DNA of 64,000 nt from a virus, in IMG/VR virus record IMGVR_UViG_3300023180_000017; one strand, 5' to 3'. Positions 1-9,714 of this stretch are shown here, in pieces. A program made the translations under genes and the position numbers. Numbering within the stretch: position 1 is the first letter of the stretch; each line of letters starts with the position of its first letter. The notes under the pieces were generated by a model. It had not been told where the DNA came from. It was given only the letters and a program-made list of their open reading frames with translations, and did no database searches.

Positions 1-196
1 AGACACATTGATATTTGATGACATTTTAGATACAGGGAAAACAATAACTGAAATGAAATCACAAACCAAGTTTGCTAAATACGGTACCATTTTTAACAAA
101 CGGTCAGATATAGCACTTGACATTGAGGGAATGACGTTATATAATAACGCAAATTGGATAGTATTTCCGTGGGAGAATTTAAATAATGGAAAATAG
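1..196 (+). CDS. Type I phosphoribosyltransferase, C-terminal part (5' truncated by window)
   Basis: PRPP-binding loop IFDDILDTGKT and C-terminal WIVFPWE typical of purine (xanthine/guanine) PRTases. Confidence 0.75.
   Translation, partial: DTLIFDDILDTGKTITEMKSQTKFAKYGTIFNKRSDIALDIEGMTLYNNANWIVFPWENLNNGK
117..145 (+). promoter_or_regulatory. sigma70-type promoter (YGGTM class) inside PRTase gene, upstream of folE
   Basis: TTGACA(117)-17 nt-TATAAT(140); CGGTCA at 101. Confidence 0.7.
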
Positions 197-881
197 AAAG
201 CCTGTAAGTCAGGAAATCGCAGAACGCCTTAAGAAAAGAGGTGTTCGTTTCTTTGCGTGTGATAACATCTCACAACATATTGAGAGCTGGGAGCACGATC
301 AACTAATTAACGAACTAGAAGGAAAGTTTCAAGGTGTTCTAGAGTCTCTAGTTATTGATACTGAAAATGATCCTAACAGTAGGGACACCGCTAGGCGTCT
401 AGCAAAAATGTATGTACTAGAAATTATGGGTGGTAGATACGAAAAGCCCCCTGCGGTTACTTCCTTTCCTAATGAAGATAATTACGAACAATTAATTGTA
501 ATTAGATCAGACATTAAAAGCATGTGTTCTCACCATCATCAACCCGTTCAAGGTGTTTGTTACATTGCTTGTATGCCTGGACAAAAGGTTATTGGATTAT
601 CTAAATATACGAGAGTAGCACAACACTTAGCATCTCGCGGACACCTACAAGAAGAACTTACCGAAATGATTGCTAAAGAAATTGAAAGGCTAACTGAGTC
701 TAAAGCAGTAGGTGTTTATATTAGAGCACGACATGGTTGTTGTGAAAATAGAGGCATTAGATCTTCTAATAGTTCTACACAAACCACAGTTCTAAAAGGT
801 TTGTTACGCACAGACTCTGCTCTTAAAAATGAATTTATGCACAATATAGAATTACAGGAATTGGGTAGTGGACGTTTCTAA
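186..881 (+). CDS. folE: GTP cyclohydrolase I
   Basis: SMCSHHHQP, IGLSKYTR, LQEELT, HGCCENRG motifs. Confidence 0.95.
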   Translation: MENRKPVSQEIAERLKKRGVRFFACDNISQHIESWEHDQLINELEGKFQGVLESLVIDTENDPNSRDTARRLAKMYVLEIMGGRYEKPPAVTSFPNEDNYEQLIVIRSDIKSMCSHHHQPVQGVCYIACMPGQKVIGLSKYTRVAQHLASRGHLQEELTEMIAKEIERLTESKAVGVYIRARHGCCENRGIRSSNSSTQTTVLKGLLRTDSALKNEFMHNIELQELGSGRF

Positions 882-1407
882 AAGACAAATTGTTGTAGAC
901 TTAGAGACGCTAAGTACACAACCTAACGCATGTATTGTTAGCATCGGTGCTGTTGCATTTACAATACAAGACGGAATTACAGAAGAATTTTTTATTAATG
1001 TAGATCCAGGATCTTGCAAAGACTATGGATTACATGTAGACCCACATACAATAGAGTGGTGGAAAGAGCAGACACCTCAAGCCAGAAAGATGTGGCAAGA
1101 AAACCCTGTGCCATTAGATGAGGCTTTGGATAAATTTGCTTTATTTTATGGCGACACGTCTATTCCTATTTGGGGATTTGGTGCTAACTTTGACGTTGTT
1201 ATTTTAGAGTCAGCATATACAGCCACAGGTTGGAACAGTCAACGTCCTCCAACTAATAAATATCCGTGGATGTTCTGGGACATTTACTGCTTGAGGACTA
1301 TGGCAAATGTTCTTGGTCGCCGTCTTGAAAAAACAGGTGTTAACCATAACGCACTGCACGATGCCGTTGCAGAAACTAAATTATTATTAGATATATTGAG
1401 ATCATGA
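868..1407 (+). CDS. DEDDh 3'-5' exonuclease (DexA-like)
   Basis: VVDLETLST, GANFDVVIL, HNALHDA. Confidence 0.8.
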   Translation: MDVSKRQIVVDLETLSTQPNACIVSIGAVAFTIQDGITEEFFINVDPGSCKDYGLHVDPHTIEWWKEQTPQARKMWQENPVPLDEALDKFALFYGDTSIPIWGFGANFDVVILESAYTATGWNSQRPPTNKYPWMFWDIYCLRTMANVLGRRLEKTGVNHNALHDAVAETKLLLDILRS

Positions 1408-2666
1408 AATTAGAGTATGTAGTATCCGGAACTTCCTATATGAGACTTAGCAATCCTAAGATTGCAGGTGATGATATTAATGTAGGAATTGTAAACGAAC
1501 TACTTTCCCAAACCGTACAAGATCATAACTCCCATGAGTTTTCAATGCTGTATAATGCTTATACAGAATCAAGTTTTGGTGAAAGATTCAAAGTCTATAA
1601 AGACAACATTAAGTCTATCCATGCAGACTCCGGTGGCTTGCAGGTAGTAACTCAAGGTAAAACAATAACACCCGAATTAAAAGATAAAGTCTATGAGAAT
1701 CAGGCACAATGGGCTGATGTCGGAATGTGTTTTGACGAGATACCTGTTACATTGGTTGGTGATCGTTCTGATAGGAATGATGTTAAAGGGAGGTTTTTCA
1801 ACCGTGAGGCACATGAGAAATGTGCAAGAGATACGGGAAAAAATATCAAACGACAATTTGAGATCTTTGACAAGTTTAACAGTAAATGTAAACCATTTGT
1901 AATTTTACAAGGTAATTGTTATGATACCTATATGGAGTGGGCAAATTACATTCTTGAAGAAGTACCACAAGAGAAACATAACAAACTAGGCGGTATCGCC
2001 ATGGGTGCTGCTGCCTTGGGTACAGGCAATTTAGAAGATATACAACGAGCATTTATTGCTAGTCAAGTTCCAATTAGAGATGAAAACGGCAAACTACACA
2101 TTCACATTCTAGGTGTGGGTGCTTTACGTAGGTTGCTTCCTTATATTATATTTTTACAAAACGGTTTATATAAGGACGTTGTTATATCATATGATAGCAC
2201 AACGCACTCCAGAGCAGTAGAAACAGGCCTTTATTATATGAATGAGGCCACAGTTAAGTTTAATAGAAAATTCTCAAATTACTACCTAGAAATGTACGAT
2301 GACGTCAATAAAGTGATTGATTTAGGCGTTTCTGTTAAAGATTTTCACAAAATTATGAACACCAACAGTACAACATGGTTAGAAGAAAACAGCGATTTAA
2401 ATACATGGTTAAAGATTAGAACTGCTTTTATTCTAATGAGCATACACAATTTTACCAAACACGTAGAAAAGATCTTGACAAATTCTGACGAACTGTTAAA
2501 ATTTGCTCGTAAGTTAAAACTAGAACACGCATACAGAAATTTATATGATATTAAAGATCCGGATGCGTTTAACTATTGGTACAACAATCCTTATCTAGGT
2601 GGCAGTATGAAATCTGCTCCTGTTAGGGAAGAAGCACCACTATCACTTGAGGAGTTATTTACATAA
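1404..2666 (+). CDS. tRNA-guanine transglycosylase-like protein, probable DNA 7-deazaguanine insertase (DpdA-like)
   Basis: ADSGGLQ, MCFDEIP, ILQG, HIHILGVG, SYDSTT TGT-fold motifs; neighbours folE and queD. Confidence 0.75.
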   Translation: MKLEYVVSGTSYMRLSNPKIAGDDINVGIVNELLSQTVQDHNSHEFSMLYNAYTESSFGERFKVYKDNIKSIHADSGGLQVVTQGKTITPELKDKVYENQAQWADVGMCFDEIPVTLVGDRSDRNDVKGRFFNREAHEKCARDTGKNIKRQFEIFDKFNSKCKPFVILQGNCYDTYMEWANYILEEVPQEKHNKLGGIAMGAAALGTGNLEDIQRAFIASQVPIRDENGKLHIHILGVGALRRLLPYIIFLQNGLYKDVVISYDSTTHSRAVETGLYYMNEATVKFNRKFSNYYLEMYDDVNKVIDLGVSVKDFHKIMNTNSTTWLEENSDLNTWLKIRTAFILMSIHNFTKHVEKILTNSDELLKFARKLKLEHAYRNLYDIKDPDAFNYWYNNPYLGGSMKSAPVREEAPLSLEELFT

Positions 2667-2896
2667 TGGATGCACAAAAAATTAGAAACGCTATCGTAGA
2701 AATCTCTAACTCTATGACTAGATCAGAATCAGAGCGTGAACTTGTTAGAGAAATTATTAAAAAGATTCACGATGAGGAAGGCATTGATCGTAGACTTTTA
2801 CGTAGAATTGCTAGAGCATATCACAAAGGAAACTTTTCTGAAGAAACTACTTTGAACTCAGAGTTTGAGGAACTATTTAATAACTTAATGTCATGA
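2666..2896 (+). CDS. dsDNA-binding protein, T4 DsbA-like
   Basis: Size and pattern ERELVREII...LLRRIARAYHK..F.EE. Confidence 0.65.
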   Translation: MDAQKIRNAIVEISNSMTRSESERELVREIIKKIHDEEGIDRRLLRRIARAYHKGNFSEETTLNSEFEELFNNLMS

Positions 2897-3438
2897 ATTA
2901 TTTTAAACTGTCAAACAATCTTACGCATGCAGCTAGATATCATTTAGACAAGCATGCTGTTAAGATGCCTACAGAGTATTGTCAACTTATGTGTACTGCA
3001 CATCGTGTATTAGACGGTGAGTTGTATATTGACAAAACTGCTAACAATCGACGCATTAAGCGTTGGCGTATGAAAGATGCTGAACTAGAAGATATTTTAT
3101 ATAAGGCATCGCACATCAATCATCCAACGGCAAAGTGGGTACGAGAATCTGTAGAAAACTATAACGAGCTCTATAATGCTTGGTTAGAATTGTGTAAAGA
3201 ATACACATTCAGATATGGCAGAACGCACTTGACACAGACTAAATTAGAGCATATACTAAGCACACCGCCTGAGAATATTCCTAATATTCCTGGCACTGAG
3301 GTACCACAGGCTATGCCAGACGACGTTAAACATTCTGATGTTGTAACGGCATATCGTCAGTATTATAACAAGTACAAAACTAGGTTTGCTGTGTGGACTA
3401 ATAGACAAACACCGGAGTGGTTTCATGCCTGTAGCTAA
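2893..3438 (+). CDS. Pyrimidine-dimer DNA glycosylase (DenV-related) family protein
   Basis: HLDKHAVKMPTEYCQL, HINHPTAKWVRES, EYTFRYGRTH, AYRQYY. Confidence 0.7.
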   Translation: MNYFKLSNNLTHAARYHLDKHAVKMPTEYCQLMCTAHRVLDGELYIDKTANNRRIKRWRMKDAELEDILYKASHINHPTAKWVRESVENYNELYNAWLELCKEYTFRYGRTHLTQTKLEHILSTPPENIPNIPGTEVPQAMPDDVKHSDVVTAYRQYYNKYKTRFAVWTNRQTPEWFHACS

Positions 3439-3787
3439 AAGACATATTAAAGTAAGTTTTCAAAAAGAGGGTATACACAAATACCCAGCAGCAAAAAAAC
3501 TTAAAGGGGTAGAGTTTTTGCAATACCCCCATCGCCACATGTTTCATTTCTATGTAACATTAGAAGTACATCACGATGACCGTGATGTTGAATTTATTTT
3601 ATTTAAACGTGAGCTCGAAAATTTATTTGAAGAAGGTGCTATGGATATTGATTACAAGTCTTGTGAAATGTTAGCAGAGGACTTGTTAGACTACATTGAA
3701 ATTAATTACCCTAAGCGTGGAATTAAAGTAGAAGTTTACGAAGATAATGAGAACGGCGGCATTGTAACAAATGATTTATTTAATTGA
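3425..3787 (+). CDS. QueD-like T-fold protein, DpdL-like (putative CDG decarboxylase)
   Basis: LQYPHRHMF matches LxxxHRHxF; SCEMLAE and VEVYED T-fold motifs; ATG at 3425 preferred over the ORF-track start. Confidence 0.7.
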   Translation: MPVAKRHIKVSFQKEGIHKYPAAKKLKGVEFLQYPHRHMFHFYVTLEVHHDDRDVEFILFKRELENLFEEGAMDIDYKSCEMLAEDLLDYIEINYPKRGIKVEVYEDNENGGIVTNDLFN

Positions 3788-4856
3788 TTTAGAAAGTGTA
3801 GAGAGTAGATATACTTCTCAGTGGAAAGAACACTTTCCTAAAATGATAAAAGAACAGGGACTTGAAGTTACAGTAATTGATGGTCCTGAACACATTGCGG
3901 CATGTACAACACCTGGTGCATTCTTAAACTTTTCTGGAACTAATGTATATAAATCTGTACAGGTAGAAAAGTTTTCTAAATTATTCTCTAACAACGAAAT
4001 TAATCCTGGCGATCATTTTGTTTTTGCTGATGCTTGGCATCCAGGTATTATTAATCTAAAATATATGTCGGAACTGTTAAATGTTCCAATTAAAATACAT
4101 GCACTTTGGCATGCTGGTAGTTATGACCCCGCAGACTTTTTAGGCAGACTTATAGGCGATGCTCGTTGGGTAAGAAACTTTGAAAAGTCTTTATTTGAGG
4201 CAATCGATTTCAATTACTTTGCTACAGACTTTCACATTAGGATGTTCTTTGAAAACTTATTAGATGTAGATGAAAGAACGGGTAGAATTAGATACATGCC
4301 GAGTGGTAAAGTTACTAGAGCTGGTTGGCCTATGGAATATGTCTCAGAGCAAATTCAGCCTGCAGAACAAAAAGAAAACATTGTTCTTTTTCCTCACAGG
4401 TTAGCACCCGAAAAGCAAGTAGATATTTTTAATGCACTGTCTTGGGAAAGTGAATATGAATTTATTACATGCCAAGATAAAAACTTAACTAAGGATGCTT
4501 ATCACAAATTGTTGGCAAGGTCCAAGGTTGTTTTCTCAGCAAACTTACAGGAAACATTGGGTATAAGCTGTTATGAAATATTGCACGCAGGTGGAATACC
4601 TTTGGTTCCCGATAGACTAAGTTATACTGAAATGTATCCAGATATTTTTAAATATCCTTCAGAATGGACAACGAATGCTAAAAACTTTTTAGTAGAATAT
4701 AAAACTCCTATGAAGGAAAAGTTACAATGGTTGATTGAAAACTTTGATAGTGAAGAAGTACAAACGGCAATTGAAACTACTAAACAACACCTTTCTGAGG
4801 AATATTTCTCAGCAAACAACATATATAAAAATTTAGGAGCAATAAATGCAACATAG
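3771..4856 (+). CDS. GT-B glycosyltransferase
   Basis: FPHRLAPEKQ and SANLQETLGISCYE donor-binding motif. Confidence 0.75.
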   Translation: MIYLIDLESVESRYTSQWKEHFPKMIKEQGLEVTVIDGPEHIAACTTPGAFLNFSGTNVYKSVQVEKFSKLFSNNEINPGDHFVFADAWHPGIINLKYMSELLNVPIKIHALWHAGSYDPADFLGRLIGDARWVRNFEKSLFEAIDFNYFATDFHIRMFFENLLDVDERTGRIRYMPSGKVTRAGWPMEYVSEQIQPAEQKENIVLFPHRLAPEKQVDIFNALSWESEYEFITCQDKNLTKDAYHKLLARSKVVFSANLQETLGISCYEILHAGGIPLVPDRLSYTEMYPDIFKYPSEWTTNAKNFLVEYKTPMKEKLQWLIENFDSEEVQTAIETTKQHLSEEYFSANNIYKNLGAINAT

Positions 4857-5301
4857 ACATTTGTCAACAAAAACATACGGACACAATGAAGGACTTTCCT
4901 GTGTCTTCAGACAACCCAATGCTACACACAGTCATTGTTCTTTGTTGCATGGTTACGCACTATCTTTTAAATTTAAGTTTGGAACGCATGCACTTGATGA
5001 TAAGAACTGGGCAGTAGACTTTGGTGGGTTAAAGCCTTTAAAGGAATGGCTAAAAAATAATTTTGATCATACTCTTGTTGTAGACAAAGACGATCCAGAA
5101 ATAAAAGAATTGATGTCATTACAAGACAAAGGACTTGCAGTAGTAAATGTCTTACCAGGTGTTGGGTGTGAAAAGTTTGCAGAACAAGCATTTTGGTATG
5201 CAGATGGATTAGTAAAAGATATAACTAATGGTAGATGCTATTGTGTATCTTGTGAAGTTAGTGAGCACGGAGCCAACTCGGCGATATATGAGATTGATTA
5301 A
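4846..5301 (+). CDS. queD: 6-carboxy-5,6,7,8-tetrahydropterin synthase
   Basis: HCSLLHGY, VDFGGLK, FDHT, GCEKFAE, EVSEH. Confidence 0.85.
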   Translation: MQHRHLSTKTYGHNEGLSCVFRQPNATHSHCSLLHGYALSFKFKFGTHALDDKNWAVDFGGLKPLKEWLKNNFDHTLVVDKDDPEIKELMSLQDKGLAVVNVLPGVGCEKFAEQAFWYADGLVKDITNGRCYCVSCEVSEHGANSAIYEID

Positions 5302-6356
5302 TGAAGGTTGCTCTAATTACGGACTTGCACTTTGGTGCAAGAAGCGATAATATACAGTTTGATGCCTACTTTAGAAAGTTTTATGAAAAAACTTTTTTCC
5401 CCTATTTAGAAGAACATGGCATTAAAACTATTTTCGATCTGGGAGACACGTTCGACAGACGAAAATATATAAATTACAATACACTAAAGTCTTGTAAGGA
5501 ATATTTCTTTGACAAAGCCAGGGACTTAGGTATTGATATTCATATGATTCCTGGCAATCACGACACTTATTATAAAAACACAAACGATGTCAACTCTCCT
5601 AACTTGTTATTACAAGAGTATGATAACATAATCATACACCAGGAACCTGAGGTAGTTGACTTAGATGGGCATCTAGTTTTAATGATGCCTTGGATATGCG
5701 GGGAAAACTATGAACAATCAATGGAACAGATTAAAAACACGCGCGCGAGGACTTGCTTCGGGCATTTTGAGTTCGCAGGTTATGACATGCTTCCTGGCAT
5801 GCCTAATCCTCATGGTATGGACCCTTCTAGCTTTCATAATTTTGAGCTTGTGGTTAGTGGGCATTTTCATCATAGGCATAGCAGAGGTAATATCACATAC
5901 ATGGGCAACCCTTACGAGATCACGTGGTCGGACTACGAAGACCCAAGAGGATTTGCCATATTTGACACGCATAAAGCAGAGCTTGAATATGTTAATAACC
6001 CGTTTAGGATGTTCCATAAATTATACTATGACGATAGTGGAGACTCTTGCGTTTCTGACAGTTGTGATTATAATGTTTTTAGTGGCAGCTGTTTAAAGGT
6101 AATTGTTACTAAGAAAACAGACTTTGCTAAATTTGATTCTTTTATAGATAATCTATATCAACAAAATCCAATAGAGTTAAAAATTATTGAAGACTTTTCT
6201 GAGTTTGAGGACGAGGCTATAGGCGAAGATATCAACTTAGAAGACACGATGACATTGCTAAAAGAATATGTAGATACGGTGTCAACAGATGCAGACAAAG
6301 AAAGATTAAAAAATCTTTTACAGACTTTATACATTGAGGCACAAGATTTCGAGTGA
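5301..6356 (+). CDS. 47: Recombination endonuclease subunit gp47 (Mre11/SbcD-like)
   Basis: TDLHFG, LGDTFD, GNHD, SGHFH. Confidence 0.92.
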   Translation: MKVALITDLHFGARSDNIQFDAYFRKFYEKTFFPYLEEHGIKTIFDLGDTFDRRKYINYNTLKSCKEYFFDKARDLGIDIHMIPGNHDTYYKNTNDVNSPNLLLQEYDNIIIHQEPEVVDLDGHLVLMMPWICGENYEQSMEQIKNTRARTCFGHFEFAGYDMLPGMPNPHGMDPSSFHNFELVVSGHFHHRHSRGNITYMGNPYEITWSDYEDPRGFAIFDTHKAELEYVNNPFRMFHKLYYDDSGDSCVSDSCDYNVFSGSCLKVIVTKKTDFAKFDSFIDNLYQQNPIELKIIEDFSEFEDEAIGEDINLEDTMTLLKEYVDTVSTDADKERLKNLLQTLYIEAQDFE

Positions 6357-8023
6357 TTTATTTTAAGAAGGTACGCTGGAAAAACTTTCTATCTACAGGA
6401 AATTCTTTTACAGAAATCCTTTTAGATAGAAGTCCTAATACATTAATTGTGGGTGACAACGGAAGTGGTAAGTCTACACTTCTAGATGCTCTAACTTACG
6501 CATTGTTTAACAAGCCCTTTAGAAATATATCCAAACCACAGCTCATCAATTCTATTAATAAGAAAAAACTTATGGTGGAAGTTGAGTTTGAGATAGGCAA
6601 GAACAAATACCTAGTTAGGCGAGGAGCATCTCCCAGTATTTTTGAAATAGAAGTTAATGGTGAAAGAGTAAATCAGGACGCCAACGTTAGGGACTATCAA
6701 AAGTATCTAGAAGAAGGCATCTTAAAACTAAATTACAAATCTTTTACACAGATAAGTGTCTTGGGTAGTGCTTCGTTCACACCTTTTATGCAATTACATT
6801 TAGGTGCTAGAAGAGAAATTATTGAGGATATATTAGATATCCAAATTTTTACAACAATGAATAAAGTGTTGAAACAAAAAATGGATAGCTTAAAAGAGAA
6901 GCTACGTTTTCTAGAAGGTGAGATTGAGATTGCTAAAGAGAAGGCAACACTACAGAAGAAATATATAGATACTTTAGAGACAAATAAAAAGAATCGTGTT
7001 AGCAAAATACAAGAGGATATAGATGCAACGCAAGAGACAATTAATGCACTTACAGAACAGGTTGAAAATCTCACAGAGCAGAAGACTTCATTGGGTGATG
7101 TTACAAAAAGAGCCTCAAAGTTTAATGAATACAGAAAACAAATTACAAGAAAACTCTCAGAAGCAAAAACAGAATTAAATTTCTATTCTGATAATGAGGA
7201 GTGTCCTACTTGTAAACAAGGTATTCCACATGAACACAGGCAAAAAATTACAGATGAAAAAATAAAGTCTGTAGAAGAATTTGAAAATGCTCTAACAGAT
7301 TTAGATGTTAAGTTAGAGGAACTTGATAAATTGTATGAGGAGTGGTGTGATATTGAAAGTAAGATACAAGATACACAAAACTCTATTATTGCAGACCAAA
7401 GAACAATACAGCGTCTGACTATTGAAAAGAATGAAGTAACCACTCAGGTTGCAGACATTGATGACGAGAAAAAGAAGTTAAAAGAACTTGCTAAAAATGT
7501 TGTAGGAAAGTCAAATGAAAAAAGTTCTTTGAATGAAGATAAACATTATCACGATATAGCAAGTTCTTTGTTAAAGGATTCTGGTATTAAAACTAAGATT
7601 ATTAGACAATATTTACCTGTTATTAATAAATTAGTTAATAAATACTTAGCAGCAATGGACTTTTTCGTACAGTTTGATTTAGATGAAACATTTAAAGAAA
7701 CTATTAAGTCCAGACATCGAGATAAATTTAGTTACGCTTCATTTAGTGAAGGTGAAAAACAACGTATTGACTTAGCACTTGTATTTACTTGGCGAACAAT
7801 AGCAAAGATGAAAAATAGTGCTAGTACGAATCTACTTTTATTGGATGAGGTTTTTGATAGCTCTCTAGATATAAATGGAACAGATTATGTCATGCAGTTA
7901 TTAAATACAATAGGCGAAGACACACATGTCTTTGTCATAAGTCATAAAGGTGATCAGTTGTTTGACAAGTTTAGAAGTGTAATTAGATTTGAGAAAAAAC
8001 AAAATTATTCTGTTATGGTATAA
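6353..8023 (+). CDS. 46: Recombination ATPase gp46 (Rad50/SbcC-like)
   Basis: Walker A GDNGSGKS, CPTC hook, FSEGEKQR, LLDEVFD. Confidence 0.95.
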   Translation: MIYFKKVRWKNFLSTGNSFTEILLDRSPNTLIVGDNGSGKSTLLDALTYALFNKPFRNISKPQLINSINKKKLMVEVEFEIGKNKYLVRRGASPSIFEIEVNGERVNQDANVRDYQKYLEEGILKLNYKSFTQISVLGSASFTPFMQLHLGARREIIEDILDIQIFTTMNKVLKQKMDSLKEKLRFLEGEIEIAKEKATLQKKYIDTLETNKKNRVSKIQEDIDATQETINALTEQVENLTEQKTSLGDVTKRASKFNEYRKQITRKLSEAKTELNFYSDNEECPTCKQGIPHEHRQKITDEKIKSVEEFENALTDLDVKLEELDKLYEEWCDIESKIQDTQNSIIADQRTIQRLTIEKNEVTTQVADIDDEKKKLKELAKNVVGKSNEKSSLNEDKHYHDIASSLLKDSGIKTKIIRQYLPVINKLVNKYLAAMDFFVQFDLDETFKETIKSRHRDKFSYASFSEGEKQRIDLALVFTWRTIAKMKNSASTNLLLLDEVFDSSLDINGTDYVMQLLNTIGEDTHVFVISHKGDQLFDKFRSVIRFEKKQNYSVMV

Positions 8024-8031
8024 GGTATTAT

Positions 8032-8262
8032 ATGAAAGTTAAAATTTATGGTAAATTGCGTTGCACATTTTGTGATCAGGCAAAGATGACAAGCAACATG
8101 AAAGGGTTTGACACAGAGTATCTTTTATTAGATGCTGACTATACAATGGAAGAGTTCTCTGAAAAGTTTCCAGATGCTAGAACCTTTCCGCAAATCTGTG
8201 TTGGAGAAGATGAAAAGCATATCGGAGGCTATAAAGAGTTTAGAGAATTTTTAGATGAATAA
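8032..8262 (+). CDS. Glutaredoxin
   Basis: CTFC, TFPQI, IGGY. Confidence 0.85.
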   Translation: MKVKIYGKLRCTFCDQAKMTSNMKGFDTEYLLLDADYTMEEFSEKFPDARTFPQICVGEDEKHIGGYKEFREFLDE

Positions 8263-8794
8263 AGAAGAATTACAATTACTGCCTTTTGGACATGAGCTAT
8301 TAAGAAAGACTCCTAGTCCTTTCAATTATGAGGAACACGATGCTAAAGAAGTAGCAAAGGTTCTTTTAGAGAGAACACAAGAGCTCAATGGTGCAGGACT
8401 CTCAGCTAACCAAGTAGGATTAGATATGGCAGTCTTTACTATTAATATTCCTCAAGCGGAAGGCTTTAATCGTATTCTATTTAATCCTTTGCTAGTATCT
8501 GTAAGTGATGAAACATCTATAGAAAAAGAGGGGTGTTTGTCCTTTCCTGGATTGTGGTTACATGTAAACAGGCCAACTGAAGCAACCTTTAGATATACAG
8601 ACACTGAAGGTAAAGAAGTCTTTGAAACATTCAAATCACTTGCAGGAAGAATTGCCTTACACGAATACGATCACATGTTAGGTAAAAATTTTACAATGCG
8701 AGTATCTAAATTTAAACTTGACAGAGCATTAAAAGCCTTAGACAAAAAAATTAAGCGTTTCAAAAGGAACATAAATAATATAAAAGGAGTCTAA
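8255..8794 (+). CDS. def: Peptide deformylase
   Basis: GLSANQVG, EGCLS, HEYDH. Confidence 0.92.
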   Translation: MNKEELQLLPFGHELLRKTPSPFNYEEHDAKEVAKVLLERTQELNGAGLSANQVGLDMAVFTINIPQAEGFNRILFNPLLVSVSDETSIEKEGCLSFPGLWLHVNRPTEATFRYTDTEGKEVFETFKSLAGRIALHEYDHMLGKNFTMRVSKFKLDRALKALDKKIKRFKRNINNIKGV

Positions 8795-8795
8795 G

Positions 8796-9167
8796 ATGGC
8801 AGATGATATGTTTGACTTTGGCTTTACAGCTGTAGATGATATTCCAACAACAATAACGGAACCTACAGGACCTGTTACAGCTAATATTGATGACAGCCAA
8901 TTACAAATTATTTTAGATAAATTAGAAAGACTAGAAGGTCTTGTTTTATCCTCAGACAATTCTGATATGATTAACGAGCACAGAACTTTATTAGAAGGAG
9001 ATGTGTCTTCTAAATTAAAGCAGGTTGAGGATTTGATATTACCGTTACTATATAATCTACAAAAGAATCCTGAAAAGGAATATATCCACTGGCCCAATAG
9101 AACGGCTGTTATAGATAAACAAATTGAAAAAATTAAGGCGGTAACTAGATACTATGAACGAATCTAA
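8796..9167 (+). CDS. Conserved hypothetical T4-like phage protein
   Basis: RBS AGGAG; DFGFTAVD and LLYNLQKNPEKEYIHWPNR. Confidence 0.7.
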   Translation: MADDMFDFGFTAVDDIPTTITEPTGPVTANIDDSQLQIILDKLERLEGLVLSSDNSDMINEHRTLLEGDVSSKLKQVEDLILPLLYNLQKNPEKEYIHWPNRTAVIDKQIEKIKAVTRYYERI

Positions 9168-9714
9168 TGTCAATGTAAATGTAGAAGCAGGAATTTTTGA
9201 AAGAACAGGTGGTAGAGTTTTAGATTTTTATCTAAACGATACAATAGAAAGCCCTAAAGATTATGTGTTATGGAATCAGTCTATTAGATCAGCAGGCGAA
9301 AACGATTACATAATTTTTCATATTAATTGTTATGGTGGTGATATAATGACAACCATACAGTTGATGCGAGCAATAGGCGAATGTAAAGGAACCGTGGTTG
9401 CTTCTGTAGAAGGAGCCTGCATGTCAGCAGCAACATTCTTATTTTTAACGGCAGATGTTTGCGAGGTTTCAGAACATTCTCAGTTTCTAATTCATAATTA
9501 TTCAGCAGGTAATTGGGGTAAAGGAAACGAATTAATTTCAAGAGCACTTGCTGAACACGCTTGGGCTAATAATTTATTACATAGCGTTTACTCAGGGTTT
9601 ATGACTAAAACTGAGATAGATCAAGTTGTGGAAGGAAAAGACTTTTGGATGGATGCCAATGAAGTGATTAAACGTTTGGAAAAAAGAAATAAAAGTGGCA
9701 CAAAGAAAAAATGA
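9154..9714 (+). CDS. ClpP-like protease
   Basis: INCYGGD, GACMSAAT (Ser), FLIHNYS (His), DFWMDA. Confidence 0.8.
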   Translation: MNESNVNVNVEAGIFERTGGRVLDFYLNDTIESPKDYVLWNQSIRSAGENDYIIFHINCYGGDIMTTIQLMRAIGECKGTVVASVEGACMSAATFLFLTADVCEVSEHSQFLIHNYSAGNWGKGNELISRALAEHAWANNLLHSVYSGFMTKTEIDQVVEGKDFWMDANEVIKRLEKRNKSGTKKK

